IMG/VR virus record: IMGVR_UViG_3300042549_004128
Coordinates: 1-27,365 of that record
Strand: one strand, 5' to 3'
Source: a virus
Lineage: Duplodnaviria; Caudoviricetes
Length of the DNA stretch: 27,365 nt
Shown: piece after piece, positions 21,715-27,365 of the stretch
How the letters are laid out: every line of letters starts with the position of its first letter
How positions within the stretch are numbered: position 1 is the first letter of the stretch
Translations under genes and position numbers: made by a program
Notes under the pieces: model-generated
Seen by the model: only the letters and a program-made list of their open reading frames with translations
Told to the model about the DNA's origin: nothing
The model's database searches: none

Positions 21715-24002
21715 TTGATTTGGTTGATGCGTTTGGTCTGGTTGTCGTAGACGAACCTGTCCCAATGCGGGACATCGAGGTAGGCCCCCGAAGACAGTTC
21801 GGCTCCGTCGCTGTCAGTAGCGTAGGTCCCTGTCGGGATGTCCAGCCACTTCTTGTCCTTGGTCCCCTTGGCCGCACAGGCCACGAGCCCTTCACGCATC
21901 ATCATCTTGGATACGAGCGTGTCGAATTCGTGTGCCCCTGTCGTCTGCAGGACCTTGGGCAGTTCCGAGCGTCTGCGATACAGGCCCGACTTGGCGTTCT
22001 TGCCTTCGATGGAGTAGGGGTGACCGCACTCCGCCGCATGCTTGACGGCGAACAGGAGCCATGCTTCTCGCTCGCCCATGTTCACGGCGTTGAAGATGTC
22101 TCGCTCCGTCACATCGCACAGGAGGCCAGACGGCTGTCTGAGCAGGGACATTTCCGAGTCCAGCATCTCAGGGTTGTTGGCCTTGATGACGGCCATTTTC
22201 CAGAGGTGGTGACGCTTCGGCGGGATGCCCATGCCAGACATGCGGCGTTCGTAGTCAGACGCATGCCAGATGCCGATGACGGAACGGAAGGCGGCGGGCA
22301 ACGCAGACGAGCCACGGACGGCGGACTTCATGTCATCCACGCTACGGATAGGCTCCTCGCCCTGCTTGCGGATGTGGTGGGTGATGATGAGGGCCGAGCC
22401 GAGTTCACCGCAAATCTGGCTGGCGACACGGATGAACTCGTTGATGATGGTGGCCGAGTTCTCCTCGCCGTGCATGACCGAGTTCAGGGTGTCGATGACG
22501 ACCAGACGCAGGTCTGGCAGTTTGCGGAGGTGGCCCATGAGTTCGACCCACTTCTTGGACGGTCTGGCCTCCTGTGTCTTAGGGTCCTTCTCCACCAAGG
22601 CGAAGGCTCCGCCCGTGTTGATTAACGGGAGGATGATGAGTCTGTCTGCGGCTGCGAAACGCATGCCCTCTGGGTCGATTTCGTTCAGACGGATGTGCAG
22701 TTCGTCTTGGTCGTCTTCGGTGGTCACGATGACCGCCGTTCCGCCCTGCTTCACATCCTTGCCGCACCACTTCTGCTCACCGCAGACACCATGGCATGCC
22801 ACCTTCAGGGCTAGGTCGAGCATCAGGAATGTCTTACCCGCACCGCCTTCGGCCACGAGCATCTGGTGTTTGCCCGCCAAGATGAGCCTGTCTACGAGGA
22901 ACTTGCGGGTAGGCGGGTCGCCCGCAGACCAGCGGTGTGCCGCCCACGCCAGCAGACCTTCGCCCGTGTCGTTCTGGACGAGAGGCTTGTCTGGCTCTGG
23001 GACAGGGCCATGGGCCGTGATGTCCTTACGGAAGATGGCGTTGAACTCCTTGATGCTCCGAGGCAGGGGCCACGGCGGGACCATATGGGTGTCTACCCAG
23101 CCGATGGTCCGTTCAAGGGCCTCCTGCTCCGTCAGTTCATTGCGTCTGACCGCCGAGATGAACATGCCAGCGACACGGCTGAACTGCGACCAGCGTGTCA
23201 TGTCGCCTTCGCCACCTTCGTGGACGGTGTCCAGAAGGTTCAGAGCCCGAAATTCCCCCTGCACGCCTTCGGCGGAGGGGGCCTTCGTCTTGCGTTCCAC
23301 GGCTTGTCCAGCCAGCGGGACCATCTGTCTGATTGTGTCTGCGACATGCTCTGGGGCGTACGCAGCGTCCTCCATTCGTTCACGGATTTCTACCAGCGTC
23401 ATCTTGCCGTTCTTGCCATGGATGGAGCCAGCCAGACGGATGGGCTGGTGGGCCCGACCGTACGGATTCCCGTCCGTTCCGATTCCGAACTGCGGGTCGC
23501 CTCCGATTTTGGAAGCCAATTCGTGTCTGATTTGGACGACCTCCTGCGGAGTGCCGACCCTTCGGGCGAGCGAAATGTACGCATGGAGTTTGTCATGGCC
23601 CTGCTCTGTCTGACCGCCTGAGGCGACGACCATGGACGGCTCGATGCCAGACTTCCTGACATGCTCGATGCCAGACCACGGGTTACCGCTGTCGATGTCC
23701 ACGCAGACGGTATCGAACCGTAATACATTGTTTGACTTGGCTTCGGGCTGGCTGAAAACGGCGGGCACGATGAATGAGCCGATGCCGTGGGCGGACCAAC
23801 GCAGGACATGCTGGTAGATGACTTGGTCGAGTTTGTCTGGGCAGTCGAGGGCGGGCTGAATCATGATGTTCTCAGCGAACACGCCCTCCTTCTCCGTGCC
23901 CTTCTCGCCGATGCCACGGATGCACACCCACTCCCCTTCGGAGAAAGGCGTCTTGAACAGCAGACCGAGGTGGTCGCTGACGCTCTTGAATAGAGGTGTC
24001 AT
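21711..24002 (-). CDS. Primase-helicase: RepB'-like primase domain plus RepA/AAA_25 helicase
   Basis: N-terminal 'VCVDID', 'VVASGG...KLHAY', 'IRLAGSIHGK'; C-terminal Walker A 'AEGGAGKT', 'LVVIDT', 'THHIRK', 'RGSSAL'. Confidence 0.88.
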   Translation of the reverse strand: MTPLFKSVSDHLGLLFKTPFSEGEWVCIRGIGEKGTEKEGVFAENIMIQPALDCPDKLDQVIYQHVLRWSAHGIGSFIVPAVFSQPEAKSNNVLRFDTVCVDIDSGNPWSGIEHVRKSGIEPSMVVASGGQTEQGHDKLHAYISLARRVGTPQEVVQIRHELASKIGGDPQFGIGTDGNPYGRAHQPIRLAGSIHGKNGKMTLVEIRERMEDAAYAPEHVADTIRQMVPLAGQAVERKTKAPSAEGVQGEFRALNLLDTVHEGGEGDMTRWSQFSRVAGMFISAVRRNELTEQEALERTIGWVDTHMVPPWPLPRSIKEFNAIFRKDITAHGPVPEPDKPLVQNDTGEGLLAWAAHRWSAGDPPTRKFLVDRLILAGKHQMLVAEGGAGKTFLMLDLALKVACHGVCGEQKWCGKDVKQGGTAVIVTTEDDQDELHIRLNEIDPEGMRFAAADRLIILPLINTGGAFALVEKDPKTQEARPSKKWVELMGHLRKLPDLRLVVIDTLNSVMHGEENSATIINEFIRVASQICGELGSALIITHHIRKQGEEPIRSVDDMKSAVRGSSALPAAFRSVIGIWHASDYERRMSGMGIPPKRHHLWKMAVIKANNPEMLDSEMSLLRQPSGLLCDVTERDIFNAVNMGEREAWLLFAVKHAAECGHPYSIEGKNAKSGLYRRRSELPKVLQTTGAHEFDTLVSKMMMREGLVACAAKGTKDKKWLDIPTGTYATDSDGAELSSGAYLDVPHWDRFVYDNQTKRINQIK

Positions 24003-24302
24003 TTAGAACTCTTGGTGTCTGTTGACGATAAAGACAGGGGTGCCTTCGCCTACCCACGAGCCGACGACATTGAAGTCCATGAACTCCACGGCTTCGGCAT
24101 AGTCCATGCCGTCACGGTACATGAGGATGTGGATGCAACGCTCGTAGTGGTAGACGATGAGGGCGGGGCGGCCAGGTTGAGCCACGGTGTGTCCGACTGC
24201 GGCGTCATCGAACCCATCTGCGGCAAGCATGCCGTGGAACTGGGTCGGGAGCGTGGACTTCTTCTTCCGAGGTTTCGGTTTTTTCTTCTTCATTTTAGCC
24301 AT
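24003..24302 (-). CDS. Conserved phage hypothetical protein (99 aa)
   Basis: 'ADGFDDAAVG...VYHYERCIHILM...EAVEFMDFNVVGSWVGEGTPVF' pattern recalled from aquatic phages; start MAKMKK. Confidence 0.8.
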   Translation of the reverse strand: MAKMKKKKPKPRKKKSTLPTQFHGMLAADGFDDAAVGHTVAQPGRPALIVYHYERCIHILMYRDGMDYAEAVEFMDFNVVGSWVGEGTPVFIVNRHQEF

Positions 24303-25081
24303 GATGGGATGTTGGTTTCGGTTTCGGTTTGGGTGGTGGAAATCTTGTTGTGGCAACGCTTCTTGTAGTCGCACCACATGCATCCGAAATTGGACGGGTC
24401 TTGGGATGCCTTGCTGAGTTCTTCGGGCGACTGCGTGGCCACGATGCGTACGGCCTTGTCGCTCAGTTTCTGGGCGGCGTGTTGGTCGAACACGATGACC
24501 TCCGCATACACATCGCCGCTGTCACGGTTGATGCAAGTGAAAAGACACCACGACAGGTCGAGGTAGGCCATGTAAATCTGAGCCTGTGCCCAGTAGACAG
24601 GTTTGGATTCCTTGATGCCCTTCTTGAGGACATCGTCGAACGACTTCTTGCCGAGGGCTTTGCTTTCCCAGAGTGCGGGCCACTTGTGCCCCATGTCTGG
24701 TCCGTCCGTGATGACGCCGTCGATGTGGCCCTTGAGGCGACCTTCGGCTGCGGAGAATCCGAACTGCTTGCCGTCCTCCTTGTGCGTCTTCACCTTGAAG
24801 CCAGACAACTGCATGTATTCGGCCATGCGTTCTTCGCCGTCGTGGCCCATGTCGAAGATGCGGATGGTCTTGCCCTTGAACTCAGCACCCTCGTCCTTCG
24901 GGGTCTGGTGATACTCGTAGCCGAGGGCTCGCTCGCAATGACCGCCCCAGCGGGACGCACCAAGGTACTTGCGTGGGGCTTGCGAACTGTTGCGAGCCAT
25001 GCATGCCTTGTCCATGATTTCGGAGAACTTGTCGGAGAAGGTTTTTTCCTTCTCGACCTTGGGGGAAAATAGAGGGTCCAT
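24290..25081 (-). CDS. Cas4-like PD-(D/E)xK exonuclease
   Basis: 'YLGASRWGGHC', 'GHIDG', 'WESK', 'QAQIYM', C-terminal 'CMWCDYKKRC' Fe-S cysteines. Confidence 0.9.
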   Translation of the reverse strand: MDPLFSPKVEKEKTFSDKFSEIMDKACMARNSSQAPRKYLGASRWGGHCERALGYEYHQTPKDEGAEFKGKTIRIFDMGHDGEERMAEYMQLSGFKVKTHKEDGKQFGFSAAEGRLKGHIDGVITDGPDMGHKWPALWESKALGKKSFDDVLKKGIKESKPVYWAQAQIYMAYLDLSWCLFTCINRDSGDVYAEVIVFDQHAAQKLSDKAVRIVATQSPEELSKASQDPSNFGCMWCDYKKRCHNKISTTQTETETNIPSWLK

Positions 25082-25287
25082 TATTTCTTAGAAGTGATTC
25101 GCTTGTATTCATAATACGCTTCGCACAGGTGCAACAGCGTTTTCGGGTCCACGCAGATGGTCTGCGAGCCGCCTTCTTCCATGTGTGCGGAAAGCGTGGC
25201 CGACAGTTCGGCCACATGCCTGATGTATTCTTCTTCTGCGATAGGCTTCTTAGGAACCTTATCTTCGTTGATGTTTTTCGGTTTCAT
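25081..25287 (-). CDS. Hypothetical protein (68 aa)
   Basis: Start MKPKNINE; stop overlaps the exonuclease start. Confidence 0.65.
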   Translation of the reverse strand: MKPKNINEDKVPKKPIAEEEYIRHVAELSATLSAHMEEGGSQTICVDPKTLLHLCEAYYEYKRITSKK

Positions 25288-25298
25288 GGGAGGATAAA

Positions 25299-26933
25299 TT
25301 ATAGGTTGTGAATGGCTTTGGCAATGCGTTCCTCGTTGAATTTCCAAGTCAGCCGACAGGTGGCGGAGTAGCGGTTGACGGAGGAAATGAAGCCAAGGCC
25401 GAGCATCTGCTTCTGTCTGTCTGTGGCGGGTAGCCGTAGCCAAGACTTGGACTTACGGGCGAAGTCACGGTCGCCATGCTCACGCATGTAGTCATCGGCG
25501 GAGGCTATGCACGGAACCCGTGCATCCGAGCGATTCAGGACACGGACCTTACCTTTGGCGACGGAGCCCAATGCGACGAATCCGTCGTTTACGGCGACGA
25601 CCACGGCCCACGCAGACAGGGCGGAGCAGACAGACGCCGCACCATCCCAGAGCGTCTCCCAGCGGAAGGGGCTGGCCTCGATGATTTCGACTTCGGTCAT
25701 GGCAAACCTGTCCAAGGCTTCCCGTTCTTCGCCTTCGGGCTTGCCGACCTTGATGTAGGCGTAGCCGCAGACAGGACATTCGGTCAGCCACGCAGGGTGC
25801 AGCGTCTTGCAGTTCGGGCATTCGATGGGGGCGGCCTCCCGCTTCTCCTTCTCGATAATCTCCGTGCTGGCATCGATGTCGCCGTGTGTCAGGATGCTGT
25901 GGCCGAAGTCCATTATCAGACAGTCAGATTTGACCACATGCGGGTATCGCTCGGGGTCAAGTTTGCGTAGCCCACGCCCAATCATCTGAATCATGGTGCT
26001 TTTGTGGCTACACGGCCTGAGCAGGATGACGCAAGACACGGGCTGGCAGTCCCAACCTTCGGTCAGGACGGCCACATTGACCAAGACCTTGAACTTCATC
26101 TGGTCGAAGGCATGCAGGGTGGCCCGTCTGTCGTTGTCTGCCATGGCCCCGTGGACGACACGGGCGTCGATGCCGTTGGCCGTAAACTCTGTCGTGATGT
26201 CTTCGGCGTGTTTGACCGTGCTGCAGAAGATTACTGTCTGTCTGTCTGACGACTTCTCTTTCCATTCCCTGCAGACAGCCTGGTTTACCACCTGCTTATT
26301 CATGATGGCCTCGACCTCAGACATGTCGAAATCATTGGCCGTCTTGCGGACTTTGGACAGGGAGTCGCCCAGCCCAAGGTTGATTACGAAGGTGCGGGGC
26401 CTGACGAGATGGCCTGAGATGATGAGTTCAGACAGCGAGATGGAGTCGCAGACATTGCTGAAGACGGACTGCAGCCCTTGGCTGTCGCCACGCTGCGGCG
26501 TAGCCGTGACCCCGAAGATGCGAATCTTGGGGTTTAGTTCCTTGGCCCGATTGATGATTTTCTGGTAGGAGTCGGCGGCCACATGGTGGGCTTCGTCGAT
26601 TACCAGCATGTCGAACGCTGGCATCTGGGCGAGGGTGTTGTCTCGGCAGAGTGTCTGGACCATGGCGAAGGTGCTTGGCCCGAACGCCTTTTTGTCAGCG
26701 TTACAAATGACGGCCTTTCGGCCAGTTATGTTAACAAAGGTCGCCAAGTTCTGGTTGACGAGTTCGTCTCGGTGCTGGATGACCAGCACGGAGCCGTCGT
26801 GGTCGGCACAGACAGCAGACAGCATGACAGTCTTGCCAGCCCCAGTCGGGGCGATGGCAATCGTGTTGCGATGTTCTTTGAGGGCCTTACTTACCCGTCC
26901 GACCAACTCTTGTTGGCGAGGTCTAAGAATCAT
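25299..26933 (-). CDS. SF2 DEAH helicase (RadD/YejH-like) with Zn ribbon
   Basis: 'LRPRQ', 'APTGAGKT', 'IDEAHH', 'TATP', 'LTEGWD', 'QMIGRGLR', CPNC...CPVC; start MILRPR. Confidence 0.95.
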   Translation of the reverse strand: MILRPRQQELVGRVSKALKEHRNTIAIAPTGAGKTVMLSAVCADHDGSVLVIQHRDELVNQNLATFVNITGRKAVICNADKKAFGPSTFAMVQTLCRDNTLAQMPAFDMLVIDEAHHVAADSYQKIINRAKELNPKIRIFGVTATPQRGDSQGLQSVFSNVCDSISLSELIISGHLVRPRTFVINLGLGDSLSKVRKTANDFDMSEVEAIMNKQVVNQAVCREWKEKSSDRQTVIFCSTVKHAEDITTEFTANGIDARVVHGAMADNDRRATLHAFDQMKFKVLVNVAVLTEGWDCQPVSCVILLRPCSHKSTMIQMIGRGLRKLDPERYPHVVKSDCLIMDFGHSILTHGDIDASTEIIEKEKREAAPIECPNCKTLHPAWLTECPVCGYAYIKVGKPEGEEREALDRFAMTEVEIIEASPFRWETLWDGAASVCSALSAWAVVVAVNDGFVALGSVAKGKVRVLNRSDARVPCIASADDYMREHGDRDFARKSKSWLRLPATDRQKQMLGLGFISSVNRYSATCRLTWKFNEERIAKAIHNL

Positions 26934-27101
26934 CTGAAAAGGGGGTGCCTTGAAGCAGAGGCTTCCCAAAAAAAGCGTACTTCATTAGGCTGTCTGAGTT
27001 CATAGAGGAAACCGAAAAGAACCCCTATGGTTCACCAGCCGAGGACTATTGGTTAAGGTTTTAATGCTTAGTCTTTGGGAAACCAAGCACATTCTTCGGG
27101 A

Positions 27102-27365
27102 TTAGAAGGGGCCGTTCGGCTTCGGGGTAGACAGGAAGGAGGGCTTGCCAGACAGCGAACTGCCGACCGAGCCACCGCCACCCATCACCTTCTTGAAGTT
27201 CTCCGAGGTGCCGCTTTCAGGGTTCGGGCTGAGGAAGTCGGTCACGCTGTTCTTGTCAGAGAAGCCGCCTGTGCCCGCCTTGATGCCGACCTTGATGGCG
27301 ACCGTCTGACCGCTGAGGGCGGCGATGAGGGCCTCAAGGTTGGCGAACTTGCCATAGGAAGCCTC
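27102..27365 (-). CDS. ssDNA-binding protein-like, C-terminal part (truncated by window end)
   Basis: Open frame ...LSGQTVAIKVGIKAGTGGFSDKNSVTDFLSPNP...KPNGPF*; flexible tail ending PF; position upstream of the helicase. Confidence 0.6.
   Translation of the reverse strand, partial: EASYGKFANLEALIAALSGQTVAIKVGIKAGTGGFSDKNSVTDFLSPNPESGTSENFKKVMGGGGSVGSSLSGKPSFLSTPKPNGPF

Noticed and set aside
21720-23621. Long plus-strand ORFs (301, 447 and 251 aa)
   Set aside because: Antisense shadows of the primase-helicase gene.
24290-25081. Cas4-like gene as a sign of CRISPR-Cas
   Set aside because: No array or other cas genes; solo Cas4-like exonucleases are ordinary in phage replication modules.
1-27365. 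tRNA, rRNA, integrase or phage RNA polymerase genes
   Set aside because: None recognised; lifestyle cannot be determined from this window.

Overview
This window is a 27.4-kb fragment of a tailed dsDNA phage (podovirus-like head-tail genes) with three transcription blocks. (1) 1-10909, minus strand, morphogenesis: TerS-like, a repeat-rich fibre protein, TerL, portal, scaffold, major capsid, a small virion protein, adaptor and a truncated nozzle. (2) 11341-19201, plus strand, early or accessory array: a MoxR/CbbQ-type AAA+ ATPase, a vWA-like partner and 13 small genes. (3) 19308-27365, minus strand, replication and recombination: SSB-like, SF2 helicase, Cas4-like exonuclease, primase-helicase, transglycosylase, an iteron-rich putative origin and RusA. 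The strongest non-coding signals are two complete type II hammerhead ribozymes between early genes, further intergenic hairpins with covariation, and a repeated C-rich cassette leader. The asymmetric motif CAGAC(A)/(T)GTCTG is strongly enriched across the window while GATC and other 4-bp palindromes are avoided. All calls come from reading the sequence; no database searches were run and counts are manual estimates.
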